From: Felis catus
Lineage: Eukaryota
Assembly: GCF_018350175.1 (NCBI RefSeq)
Contig: NC_058368.1
Coordinates: forward strand, 193,628,001-193,692,000
Direction of reading: 5' to 3'
Length of the DNA: 64,000 nucleotides
Position numbers and translations under genes: made by a program. How positions within the stretch are numbered: position 1 is the stretch's first letter; every line of letters starts with the position of its first letter. Shown here piece by piece: positions 24,136 to 36,279 of the stretch. The notes below the pieces were generated by a model. The model was not told the DNA's origin and did no database searches. It worked only from the letters and a program-made list of their open reading frames with translations.

Positions 24136-24703
24136 GTCTTGGATCACTTTTCTCATGTCTAGCTAGACTTCCAAGAGTAGAATGTGTCAAGGAGGATACT
24201 CCTTTGACCATAGCCTTCCTAGACAAAATAAGAGATTTTATAGTAGTTCAGTAGAAGAACATAAATCACAAAATCTAAAAATTTATAGCTGTTTTAAAAT
24301 GTATTGTCTTGGACATTTATCCATGCAGCTTGAGAGCAGAAGAAGGCAAGGGGAGTGGCAAGAGAAGGATATTTAAAAGTGTCATTCGTTCCTTTGGGAA
24401 CACCCAGTATGTTCTACTAGTGAAGTGTGTTATAGCCCTAGAAATATCCAAGCTCTCTTTGGACCAACTCCTGGAAAATGTACGTGTGAACTGATAGTTT
24501 TTTGTGAAATCTTTCCCAAGAATCTCATATTTTCCCAGCAGGAACAGAAATGTGTAGTTACTTACCAAGAAGAGCAATTTGCCTCAGGCTGTCCAACAGC
24601 TGAATTAGTGGATCTGAAAAGAAAAGAGTGAAGGGGTAAAGATCCATTTGAAAATAACTTTCTTGGGTAATTATATCTTATGTGAACATGAAGTTGAGAG
24701 TGA

Positions 24704-24793
24704 CCTTCCTTCTTCCCTTCCTTCCCTCCTTCCTTCCTTCCCTCCTTCCTTCCTTCCTTCCTTCCTTCCTTCCTTCCTTCCTTCCTTCCTTCC
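24704..24793. repeat. (CCTT)n microsatellite
   Basis: Seen directly. Confidence 0.97.
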
Positions 24794-25049
24794 AACAGAA
24801 CTTTCCTCTTGTAAGCAACAATGTGAGTTGAATTTACCTCCTTAATATAGCTTTACCACTGTGGTCGTGAAGACTCAGTGTTGCTTATGGAAAGTCACTT
24901 TTGCCAGGAGCAATAGAGTCTAGGTGTCTATAAACTTGTAACCATTTTATAAGACACTGAGTTCATAATTTACTAGTACCATCTGGAAGGGAAGGAAGAC
25001 GATTTACAGTGTCATTGGCCCACAGGGAGATATGAGACATACTTTCCAA

Positions 25050-25600
25050 CCTGCTCAAATCCTCATCTCTTCCATGAAACCATCCCATAGAACCACAGTT
25101 GGAATTAATCTCTTCTTACCCATTCTGTGACTATGTGTGGCCCTTCTATTATAACAATTTTAATAGTCTGACTTGAATTTTGGTTACTTTTATGGCTGTC
25201 TCTTGCACTTATGTCCCTATAAAACAGGGACTCTATCTTGCTCATCCAAACATCTGTACCCTGCACATAATAAACAGTAACAGATATTTGTTGAAATGAA
25301 ATTCTGAAATGCATATTTGATGAAATACAAGAGGTAAAATTAATACTAAAATCCCAAATATAGAAGATTTGAAAATCAACTCAAACATTTGTTAACATCT
25401 ACTAATATGAAAAAAAAATAGTGAAATGTTTTGAGAGTTTACTGTGTGTCTAATACTGTGCTAAGAACTTGTTATATGATCTTTTATTACTCAGAATAAA
25501 TCAATGAGATAGGAACCACAATTAACTCCATTTTCAAGATGAGGAGACTGAGGTGAGGCAAGTTAAGCACTTGCCCAGCACACATGGCAGGTATGGTATT
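25050..25600. mobile_element. L2 3' end (+, ~25050-25320) followed by MIR (-, ~25430-25600)
   Basis: 'cagggactctatcttgctcatc...atatttgttgaaatgaa'; 'ccattttcaagatgaggagactgagg...ttaagcacttgccca'. Confidence 0.7.
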
Positions 25601-25879
25601 AGACAACTAGCCTGTCCAAGTACAGACAATGGCAGAATTTTTCACCATTGTCTGTGATATCTCTCTTAGTTTTAGTCAAGAGGTACAATTACACATATAA
25701 ATCCTGTCTGTGCCAGTCTGTTAGAATACAGCTTATATACACTTGTCCAGTTCACCATGATTTGCCTATGTCAGTTACAGCTCTCAGTACCAAAATGGTA
25801 AGAGAATACTTGAACTTAAGAGCTGGAAGGGATCTCAGGAATAATCTAGCCTGAATTCCTTTTATACATATATAGATAA

Positions 25880-26420
25880 GGCCACCAAAGCCTTTTCACT
25901 CAGATTAAAGCCCAAACTCTTAAGGGTCTTTAATGCTACTCACTGTCCCCTCCTTACCTCCTCCTTCTCTCTTTGCTCACTCCAAGCTAGCTACCTTGGC
26001 CTCCTTGTGTTTCTGAGACACATCCCCTCAGGGTATTAATCTAGGTATTCTCTTGGCCCTGATGCTCCTTTCTCCAATACCCACTGGATGGCTTTCCGCT
26101 TCTTTCAAGTCTTTGCTCAAATATCACTTCCTCAATGAGCCTGTTTTTGCTATAACCTGGCCTCTCCCTCCCTAGCACTCTCTGTTCCCCTTCACCCTGC
26201 TCAACTTTTTATTTGTTTCATAGGACTCATTATGTGCTAACATACTACATACTATACTTTGTTATGTGCATTTTTTTGGTCCGTGTTTCCTACTGATAAT
26301 ACATTTGAAAGCTCCATGAAGGCAGGAGATTTTGCCTATTTTTGCCTCTAATGTATTTCCAACTGCTGAGAATAATGTCTGAGTATCCAACAACAGTGGA
26401 CGAATGAATGGATGGATGTA
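25880..26420 (+). mobile_element. L2a 3' fragment
   Basis: 'ttggcctccttg...tttcaagtctttgctcaaatatcacttcctcaatgag...aagctccatgaaggcagg...gaatgaatgg'. Confidence 0.85.
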
Positions 26421-26659
26421 GAGCTAATCAGTGCCAGGATCTGAACTACAACCTTGGTAGATTCCCAGTCTAACATTCTTTCCATTCTTCCATGTTAAAG
26501 ATGGAAGTCAGAGAGGCGACTTGGCAGAGTATCATTTGAGATAGAGCCAAAGACCGAACCATAGAGAAGAATAGCTATTCAATTCCTTTCTTAGCCTTTG
26601 GAGAGAATTTTGGAAACCTGACATATCAATGAAGGGAGAACAGAGACCCCATGAGAAAA

Positions 26660-27700
26660 GAAAGCTGACATTTGTTGCAAAACTACCATCAGCAAAGACT
26701 GTACAATGTCCTTCATGTATTCATCTCATTTAATCTCTACAAAACATTATTTCAATTCTACATATGAGGAAACTGAAGCTCAGAGAGCTAAGTAATTCTT
26801 CTCTGGACACAGTGCTAATATCTACATTCAAATGAGAGGAAGTCTGTTAAGACTCTCAAGCCCAAGACATTTCTACTACCCAGCACTACAACTTCAATGT
26901 CTCAAAGGCGGTAAAATAGTTTTTTTTTTAAATGTTTACTAGTTACATCACAGTGATAAATATTTATAACAGGTGTATAAGCAAAGATATTTTCATATTT
27001 ATTTAATGTGTAATGAATTATTGAGTTCCTGCCACATTCAAAAGGCTGTACCAGGAAGTTATATGTAAGCTATCTATCAATTAAATATTTATTAGTACCT
27101 AGTATGTGCCAGGGAGTGGGCTAGAGATTGAGGATGCTGATAACAAAACACATGTTGCCTACTTCTAAATAATTCACAGTTGGGGTCAGCTTCTCAGTGA
27201 TAAAGGGGTGAAATGAAACTTAACTGAACGGCACAATAGATAATCCATTCATTAAATAAACACTGAGCTTTTAACATACTCCAGGTGCCTTTTTAGGCAC
27301 TGGGGACAAAATGACTGTGCTTGCTGTGCTATCTCCCTAATGTACCTATTGGAAGACCCCATCATTAATGAAACAATCACCTAGCTGTTTAATTCCCAGC
27401 AGTTATAGGGGCTACGATGGAAAATTAGAAGGAGCTGAGACTGTAATAGAAGGACCTGCTGTAGACTTGGTAATGGAGGAAGAAGGGTGAGTCAATTAAG
27501 GCTCTGTTGAGGAGGGGTCAGAGTAAGAACCTCAAAGCGCTTTAATACTTTTCAAAGCACTTTCCCACCTCTTACCTCATTGGATCTTCACAAGTTTTGT
27601 TGAGTTGTGGGAGGCATGGATTCTCATCTTTATATTATAGGTGGGGAGACTGACAAAAGCCAAAGACTGGAACAGAGTTTCTTTAATTCCTGGCTTAGAA
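26660..27700 (-). mobile_element. Cluster of MIR and L2 fragments
   Basis: MIR core 'atgaggaaactgaagctcagagag' (26764); L2 ends 'atttattagtacctagtatgtgccagg' (27087) and 'ttaggcactggggac' (27293). Confidence 0.7.
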
Positions 27701-28528
27701 TGTTTTTTTGTTTTGTTTTGTTTTTGTTTTGTTTTTTACTTTAACAAAGTCAGAAAACTTGTCTAAAGAGACTATGTAACCAGCCATGGGGTTGATTTCC
27801 ATAAGAGCCAGTTTAATTGCCCTTTGTTTCAGACTGCCCTATGCATGCCCCACTCTACTCCCCACCCAGAGTTGTTTCACAAACATATTTCTGATGTCTA
27901 AGGAAGGGTCAGAAGAATGTGTTAATGTTTTATTGAAGTGAATATCTGCTCTTGGAAATAATTCAAATACTGGTGAGTGAGCCAGTAATCATATCTTAGT
28001 CTGCTCCAATCTACCCCCTGCCCATCAAGTTCTCCCAGCAAATTATTTGCTTGTCCAATTCCTGTGTAGTATTCAGGGTCCAGCTCAAATAGTTCGTCTT
28101 CTGTGAGGCCTTCCCTGTCTCTTCTATTAATTTAATGACTCACCTTTTCTGTTTTGAAGGAAACTGATTCATACCTCCAGTAGAGCACTTACCACATTAT
28201 GTTATAATTACCTACACTTTCCCAGGCTGGCTATTCCATTTAGAAATGGACTGATAGAATCATAGTAATAGAAAAAGTTATTAACTCATTTTTCAGCCTT
28301 GTTTTTTCATGATCCCCTACCCTTTGCCAAAATTTACGTACTGTTTAGAGACCCTGTTGGGAGCGGTATTTCACTCGTGCTCATGAATGTGTCCAGTCAA
28401 GTTTCACCTGATGGATGCCATCATTTCCTCTGTGACTCTGTCCTTTCTTGGTCATTTCCACTTGTGACAAGTGGAGCCCCCACTCTCTGTGACAACACGT
28501 GAAGCTGCTTTTCCTCTGGCTCCAGTGC

Positions 28529-28922
28529 CTTGTTGGGTGGGGTTTCCTGGGAAGCAGACATGAGATGGAGTTGGGAGTGTAAGAGGTTCAATGGGTATAA
28601 CACCTGTGAAATGAAGGGTGGATACAAGAGAGGGCAGGGGGAGATGTCAGACTGTGGTGCCAGTCAGACAGAGTTTCCATCGGTCCAAGTGGGAACTCAG
28701 GAGAAACGATTGCCTCTCAGAGGAGCCCCACATTTTACAGAAATGGCTAGACTTGTACCATGATTGCTCAGTCATTTGCAGGGACCCACCCTGAGGATAG
28801 TATGCCCTTGGCTTAAAAGTTGACGCAGATCTTTAAGGTTCTTAACAAAATACATTTCTCACAACCTGGAGTGAGTCTTTTAAAGGAAGTCAGAGTGGAG
28901 CATGTCTGCCATGTCTGACACA
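28529..28922 (-). mobile_element. ERVL LTR (LTR40-like)
   Basis: 'gggtttcctgggaagcagacatgagatggag...aacacctgtg...gctcagtcatt...catgtctgacaca'. Confidence 0.75.
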
Positions 28923-28924
28923 TG

Positions 28925-29292
28925 TATGCCGTGTGGTGGAGCTGGCTTATACTGGAGCAGATTGTTAACTTTCCAGGAATTTTGCAAGCTGATGGTTAAA
29001 CACACCCATTATTAAAAATAAAATCATATAAATTCACAAGAAATATACTAAAAACAGAGTTAATAAGCACTCAAAAGTTCTCATTGCCAAATTATTTTTT
29101 GACATCTTATTGTTATGTGTGTTCCTGAGGATATGCATGTCACTCGTATAATTATACTATATAAAGGCATGTAGCACACCTCTTTTCCGACTCAATGACT
29201 TCATGTTTGGTAGCTTGATATGGGCCACACGGAGAGTGTTTATACCATGGAAACTGACAACATACCATGGAAACATTTACCAGCACAGCCCC
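28925..29292 (+). mobile_element. MER63B-like (hAT-Blackjack)
   Basis: 'ggagctggcttatac...caggaattttgcaagc...ttaaacacacccattattaaaaat...aaacatttaccagcac'. Confidence 0.8.
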
Positions 29293-30929
29293 TTTGCCTG
29301 GTACCATTACCCCAGTTCAGTGCTGCAGTCTCCGCTGAGTACCCTACCCGAGGTGCTATAGCTCTCTAGAGCTGCCAATGGGCTGTGACCTCTGATGCTC
29401 TCAAAGTGCTAAACCAAGTCAAGGCTGAGACAGAGGTGGCTTCCATTATCCTTTAGTGACATGGGTACAAAGGCAATATTGCCTCGCACCTCAATGGCCT
29501 CCAGAGTTTTAGTGAAACTCTGCTTCAGTTATGGCTCACAGTATTCCTCCTTCTCTCCCCAAGGACTCAGGCGTGAGGCCATGATGAGCTGAGTGAGAAA
29601 AAGCCATTGCAGGATGATGCACATTGTGTTAACAACTGCCCATCCGCTCTACCGACCAAGGCTTTGTTACATGTTGTCCACCTCAGTTTCTCTCCCACAA
29701 GACTTCTCAGTACTTCATATTAAGCTATGCTGGTGATTTTAAGTTACTCAATGTCCAAAGTTTCTTAGAAGCCAGTCATGGCCAGAGCTTAGGACCAAGC
29801 TGGGCTTCTGTCACTTCACATGTCCCAATGATACTGTGACCTTCGCAAGGGAAGTATCTTCACCTTTTCATCTCCAGCACCCTCACATGGCATAATAGGC
29901 ACTTTACAAATTACAGTCTAATTAATGAATGCCACGCAGCAGATAAGGGAAGGCATCGGATGTATTAGCTTTGAATCATGGCATTGTCGTTAGTATATGC
30001 AGAGAGACATAGTCTCCTATTATCTTTTGGTCTGGGCCACATTTCATGCATAAAATGGTTATATTCGAGTTGGAGGTTTAACGGGTTCCATCCTGACTGT
30101 AGGGTATGAGAGCAGGAGCCACGTGAATCTTTGAATCTTCCTGTATGTTCTCTCCCAGGTGCTCTATGCTCCCCAAGTCCCATTTGAAAGCTTTCTTTTT
30201 TTTCTCATCTTTTAGGCTGCTGTACCCTTTGTCTGGAAACAGTGATATTCCTTTGTTCTGACATTTAAAAACCTGCCTGGCCCTTCCTGTGAGCATAGGC
30301 CCTCATGCTTTGGCCTGGTTTTCATATCTCCTTTGTAATACCTTTTAAGGTCTCAGTGTCAGTGGAGGTACTGTCATATCCCTTCTATTATCATGAGTCA
30401 CAGATTGACCCAGGATGTCCCCAATGGGGGAGGCAAACATCTCAGAAGTTCTTCAGGTCATTGCCCATTCAGGTGTTAACAAGGGCTGGCAAGATCACTT
30501 AAGATGCAGGTGCTATGGATATAATCCTCCAGAAAGGGAAGGAGTCCTGTATCGTTTCTGACCTCAGAAAAGCACAAATTGTTCCCCCATTGCATGCAGT
30601 TGAAGTCCCAATTCATTTTTCTTAGTGTTGACGGCAATCACCATTGTGACCTTGATTTTCTTATAAATAAATATTTAACTCCGACTCTGAACCAGCCCTT
30701 ACACTAGAACCTTTCCATAAAATGATAAACAAAATAAATGTGATCCCTGCCTTCTTAGGATTTAAAATCCAACAAAGAAAATGGATTAAAGTAGACGAGT
30801 ACAATGAAATGAAAAGCAGAGCATGTGCAGAGAGCAGCCTGGTCCTTGGGCTTAGAAAAAACTTCTCTGTGTACATAACATCTACTCTGGCACCATGAAA
30901 GTTAGTAGAGTCTGGCTGTAATCATTATT

Positions 30930-31830
30930 AGTGAAACTACCCGTATAGCCCTTCCTATGTTAGACATTGATCTATGCCTTGCTTATAGGCTCATTTAATC
31001 CTCAACCACACAATAATAATAGTGACAATTATTATAAAATGGTGAGAGGGGATTTGTGTAACTTGCTGAAGGTCACACAGGTGGCAAGTATCAGAAGCAA
31101 GTTGCAACATAGAAGTCTGGTTTTTCTTAATGAGTCTCTTAAACCTACCTCTCTGATGTGTAAGATGCACTCAATTATTATTCTTTCCATAAATGAAAGA
31201 AGGAAGAGGAGAAAGAGACAGAGACACAGAGAGAACAACATTCTAGGTAGAAAAACCGGCAAGTGCAAAGGTCCTGCTGCCGGAGAGAGCAGAATGGGTT
31301 GTGTCAATGAGACATTCGCTATCACTGGAGTGTGGGAAAAGGAGCCACAGCAAGATGTTATCTGAGGCTGGAAAGGCTAGAGCATCCAATGGCCCATGTG
31401 AAGGACGAGGTCTGCATCTTGAGAGTGGTGTGAGGCTGTTGCTTAGTCTTAGGTGAGAAAGTGACCTGATCAGATACATTGTTTTCAGTGATCACTAGGG
31501 CTGCAATGCGGAGAATGGATTGCAATGCAAATAAAGGATAGGGGGAGAATAGTTAGAGGGCTAGTTCGATAACCCAGGTGACAGAGGAAAGCATCAGAAT
31601 GGTGGCAGTGGAGGAGGGGAGAACAAGAAAGGTTCAAGCTATATTTAGAAGGTAAGATCAACAAACACCCTCCCCTCCAGCCAGCTGAGTTCCTTGTGTT
31701 TCTCACAACACACCAAGTCTACTACTGCTTCTCTGTACATTTGCTCACACTGTTTCTGGCACCTGGAATGTCTTCTCACTGCCTTTCATATCTGAACCCC
31801 TTCTTTCCTGATGACCCCAGCCCTGACTGC
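30930..31830. mobile_element. MIR and L2 fragments
   Basis: 'ctcatttaatcctcaac...aacttgctgaaggtcacacag'; 'gcaagtgcaaaggtcctg...gtgacctgatcagat'. Confidence 0.7.
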
Positions 31831-32289
31831 TTTAGTAGTTACTTTGCTTCTGTCTACATGAAGCTGATCTTTGTGTTTTCTGTCGCCATCGTATCTGAAT
31901 CTATCTTCTCTCTCCATTCAGGTCAGTTTCTGGAGTGCCAAGCCAGCAACCCCACCACATGTTTCTCTGTAGTTCTAAGGCTGCTCTTATTCTGTGCTGT
32001 GGTTGCCAGATGTGATGTGGTGTGGAGAGGGAACTGCTGTATGTTGTGCAGAGCATGGGGCTAAGAGTCAGATGTTCTGTCCTCATCTAGCTGCGTAGCA
32101 CCAAACAACAAGTCACTTTTGGGGTAACTCTGCTTTCTCATCTGCAAAATGGGTACGATGCACTCTCTGTGAACTGTTTTCAAGGATTCAAGCATTGTCA
32201 GGATACAACAGGTGATTAATGTGAAACAATATTTTAAATTAAGTACTTGACAACTTTGTGGGATTATGACTCCTATAGTTGTAGAAGTC

Positions 32290-32950
32290 AATTATATGGG
32301 TTGCAATTGAGAGAAACCCAACTTGAATATGTTTAAAGAACATATGGATTTATGGGATGGATACTGGTCCTGGGATAGCTTACATGATCAAAGATGTCAG
32401 GGTGACTCTGCAGCCTTAGGAACTGGAACCAGGGACTCAAATGACGTCAACATCCTCTCGTATATTCTCTCTCTCTCCTTCCCTCTATCCTGTGCCCCTC
32501 TTTCTTCTCTTTTTCTTTCTATTTCTGTTTTGATTGCCTACCTCTGTATAACCCTTAGCCTCTCCGCTTTGTTCTATATTCTCTGCAGATGGGCCTTCCC
32601 CACATGGAGGGCATAGGTCCACAGGAAACACAGGGCCAATATTTTATTTTGGAGAAGTAAGAAGGAAAGGACTGTTTTTGTCACCTTCACTTGGACAATT
32701 CCCAAAAGACTGGTCTGGCTTGTGTCATGGGCCAATCATGGACCAAGCACTGTGACCAGGGAATGGGGGTATAAGAACTAGCAATTTTTTTTTTTTTAGT
32801 ATCTATTTCTATGACCAAAGTTATAGAATATTCGGCTCTGCAGCCCAAACCATACTTTTATGGTTGGAATTCACAAAAGAATGGGATTGTTGTTAAAGAA
32901 TAAAGAAGAGAGTAATGCCAGACATACAAAACAATTCATGGCCACTGCAA
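32290..32950 (-). mobile_element. MaLR LTR (MLT1-type), degenerate
   Basis: 'ggttgcaattgagagaaacccaact...ggaaccagggactcaaatga...ggaccaagcactgtgaccaggg'. Confidence 0.6.
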
Positions 32951-34602
32951 TTCATAATAAGAAATGTTTGCAGCATTGACTTAAGTAGGCAAAGCTAGTA
33001 TGATAGAAAAGAAGCAAGAAGCTATGTTAAACATGAGCAGTATATCGCAAAATTAAGTCACCTTGCACAGATGATATGTTCAGAATAAATGAGCAGAGAT
33101 GACCTACAAATTTCATCCAAAGACACCTGGATTGATAGCAACTCACAATAAAAGATGGAATTTTGCTGAAGGGAATCAAGACAGATTGAATCATGTAAGA
33201 TAGTGAGGGGTAGCATGTTAGAAAATGACAAAAAGGCACAAATAAATCAACACATACAAGGTGTAAGACTATTAGCGTCCTCCCCCTGATGGAGATAGAT
33301 TCTAATTGCAAACAGAAGTCAGTTGATTGTGTGCAGATTTTATTTATGATCAGATCTGATTAGACAAATGATGACAAATGAGAAATGCTTGTAAATTGCC
33401 CAGTGATAAGCTCTGTGTTGCTAGGTAACAAACCAACATGATTCCCAGTAGAACCAAAGAGAAGAGAGAAATTGAAAGAACAGAGTATTTCCTGGATCTC
33501 TACCCACCCCGCCCCCCCCCCCCTTTGTTAAGGAACTTATGCAGCATGCCTATGTTTTTAGAACTTCCATTCGAGTTCTCACATGCCATTCAAAGTGAAA
33601 TACCAGCTTAGTTTCAGTTCTATAACGTGAACTTTCTCCAAAGAACCTAGGTAGAGTGAACTGGAAATGAGCAGGCTTAGAAACAACATAAGAGCTGCCT
33701 TCAAATATATTAAATCAATTCATCAAAGGTTCATTCACATTCTCCTATGTGGAGGGCATTGTTCTAGACATGGTAGAGTGTAGAAGAAGGTATACCTCAT
33801 AATAGCTATTCTTGTGATATTTGGGGACTGGGGCACGTAAACAATGACATGACAATGAAAGAGGTGTGAGCTATGTTGCAGACCAGTCAGAGGTTGGATA
33901 TGGAGAAATGATGGAATGAAATACCAATATTCAGCTCCCAGCAGAGGAGGCTTTGGAAGAAGGGTAGACCCAAGACAACATTCAAATGTAGAGGCATCTC
34001 CTGTGGATAATGAAGGAGCTTAGTTCTCTATACCTCCATGGAAAGCACCACTGTCAGTGAGTGAAAACATCAAGGAGGTTATCTCAGTTCCAGGGGAAGG
34101 GACTTGCAACTAGAGATTTCCAAGAGTAGGCTCTCTCGTAAGGTTAGGTAGGTCTTCAACCCAGTAGTGACTGACTGTGAACAAGAGCTGATTTGGCTGA
34201 CTGACTCAGTTTCATGGAGTGTGGTGGGTAATGAGGAAAATCTTGTGGTTTATATTTCCCAACGTACGTCGTGCACAATGCTAGGATTGCGGGACGCTCT
34301 GTGACAAAAGGAAGAAAGCCTTGCTGTTTTCAGAGGATGTTCTTCATGCCTTGCAGAAATTGTGCTCTGTGGGTGGTATTTTGGGAAAAGTTGCTTTGTT
34401 GTATGGGAGGTTGGAGTAATAACTAAGAGTTCCAAGGTGCATATGCCTTCTCACTTCTCAGACCACAGTAATGGCATTCTCTTTCCTCAGTTCCACTGTT
34501 TTCTAACAAGGTTACTGGGAACTCATGCTCAGAAGGGGGATACCAAGAGTATGGGATTAGGAAGCTGTGAAAGAGATGTCTGAACTCTCAGAGAAATCAT
34601 AT

Positions 34603-34812
34603 ATATTTTTTTAAATGTTTATTTATTTTTGAGACAGAGAGAGAGCATGAACAGGGGAGGGGCAGAGAGAGAGGGAGACACAGAATCCGAAACAGGTTCC
34701 GGGCTCTGAGCTGTCAGCACAGAGCCTGATGCGGGGCTTGAACTCACGGACCGTGAGATCATGACCTGAGCCGAAGTCGGACGCTTAACCGACCGAGCCA
34801 CCCAGGCGCCCC
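34603..34812 (-). mobile_element. Young felid Can-SINE (SINEC_Fc-like)
   Basis: CpGs retained; TSD gagaaatcatat / gagaaatcgtat. Confidence 0.97.
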
Positions 34813-35057
34813 GAGAAATCGTATTTTAAATGAAAGCAAACAATAAGGCTAAACCAATGCACTAGATGGTGGTCTCCCTACATGTGGAACACCACTTCCC
34901 AGATCTAAAACACCCATTGTTTCTATCCTGGTCATTGCCATTGCAATAAATGGTACCATCATCATCTCTCACCAAAATAAATATATTAGGTTCCCAGTTG
35001 GTCTCTTTATTTCTACCCTTACCTCTTTAATCCACTATACACACAGCAGGCAAAATA

Positions 35058-35269
35058 TTTTTAAATGTTTATTTATTTATTTTGAGGGGGGGGTGGGGAG
35101 AGAGCGAGCTGGGGAAAGGCAGAGAGAGAGGGAGGGAAAGAATCCCAAGCAGCCCCTGTGCTGTCAGCACAGAGCCTACTGCGGGGCTCGATCCCACGAA
35201 GCGTGGGATCATGACCTGAGCCAAAATCAGGAGTCAGATGCTTAAATGAATGAGTCACTCAGGAGCCCC
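35058..35269 (-). mobile_element. Can-SINE (SINEC)
   Basis: SINEC body inserted in an L2 fragment. Confidence 0.93.
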
Positions 35270-35877
35270 CAAAATAATTTTTAAAATATAAATCCATATT
35301 GCCAACCCTCTGCTTAACGGCCTTCAGTGCCTGCCCATTGCTCCTTGTATTAGTATTCCTACAATAATGTTTCGTAACAAACCACTAAACCACTAAAGTT
35401 CAGTGATTTGGAACATGTGCTTAGAATAACATTCAAACACTTTACCATGGTCTCAAGGTTGCAAACGATTTGGCCCTTGAGTACTTATCCACTGTTGTCC
35501 AGTGCTACTTTTTCCCTTTCCCACTATATCCCAGACACACTCATGTTTCTTGTTGTCACACACCCCAGGCCCTAAAACCTCAAATTAGCTTTTCCCTGTG
35601 TATAGATTGAATGCTCTTCCCCAGTCCAGATCTATAGACAGCTGCTTCGTGCTGCCTTTCCACTTAAATGTTATTGCCATGGAAAGGACTGACCCTCAAC
35701 CTACGAAGCCTCCCTTGCCACCCCATCTATTCCTTATTTCCTCCATCTGTTTTTTTTTCCTTTTTTTTTTCAAAGCATTTATCTCTGCCCAATGCATTGT
35801 TGTTTATGCATTTGTTGGTTGGATAATTTACTGCTTTCTGCACTAGAAAGTAAATTCCATAAGATAAGGCACCTAGT

Positions 35878-36099
35878 GGGGCGCCTGGGTGGCGCAGTCG
35901 GTTAAGCGTCCGACTTCAGCCAGGTCACGATCTCGCGGTCCGGGAGTTTGAGCCCCGCATCAGGCTCTGGGCTGATGGCTCAGAGCCTGGAGCCTGTTTC
36001 TGATTCTGTGTCTCCCTCTCTCTCTGCCCCTCCCCCGTTCATGCTCTGTCTCTGTCTCAAAAATAAATAAAAACGTTGAAAAAAAATTAAAAAAAAAAA
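35878..36099 (+). mobile_element. Very young felid SINEC_Fc
   Basis: 'ggggcgcctgggtggcgcagtcggttaagcgtccgacttcagccaggtcacgatctcgcgg'; perfect 17-bp TSD aagataaggcacctagt. Confidence 0.98.
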
Positions 36100-36279
36100 A
36101 AGATAAGGCACCTAGTTTGCCTTGTTCAATTTTGCATTCTTAGGATCTACAATAATGATTGTCACCTGGTTTTGGATGAGTAAGAATATGTAAACACAGA
36201 AATATCCCCAGGAAATATCTTCCCAAACAGAATAAATAAGTTCTCTATATGGCAACATTTCTGTCCCTTTCCTTTTTTT

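Larger units (their letters stand above)
22700..28520 (-). pseudogene. Candidate fragmented endogenous bunyavirus-like L polymerase (RdRp core and C-terminal region)
   Basis: Minus-strand blocks in L order: LVTSGNDQER (28471-28442), TFMS../APNRVSKQY (28364-28338, motif-A-like), GQG (28023-28015, B), TLTHSSDPSLDI (27928-27893, C), KQRAIKLALMEINPMAGYIVSLDKF (27829-27755, D/E), IGK..KCI*AV..TGTD..RDITDNG (25769-25644), KLFSNG (24660-24643), IKSLILSRKA (24241-24212), WHVRYQKWKKGIYHG (23778-23734). Catalytic residues are degraded; compared by eye only. Confidence 0.45.

Noticed and set aside
35878..35960. tRNA gene
   Set aside because: The A/B-box-like head belongs to a tRNA-derived Can-SINE with CT tract, A tail and TSD; the same applies to the other SINE heads.
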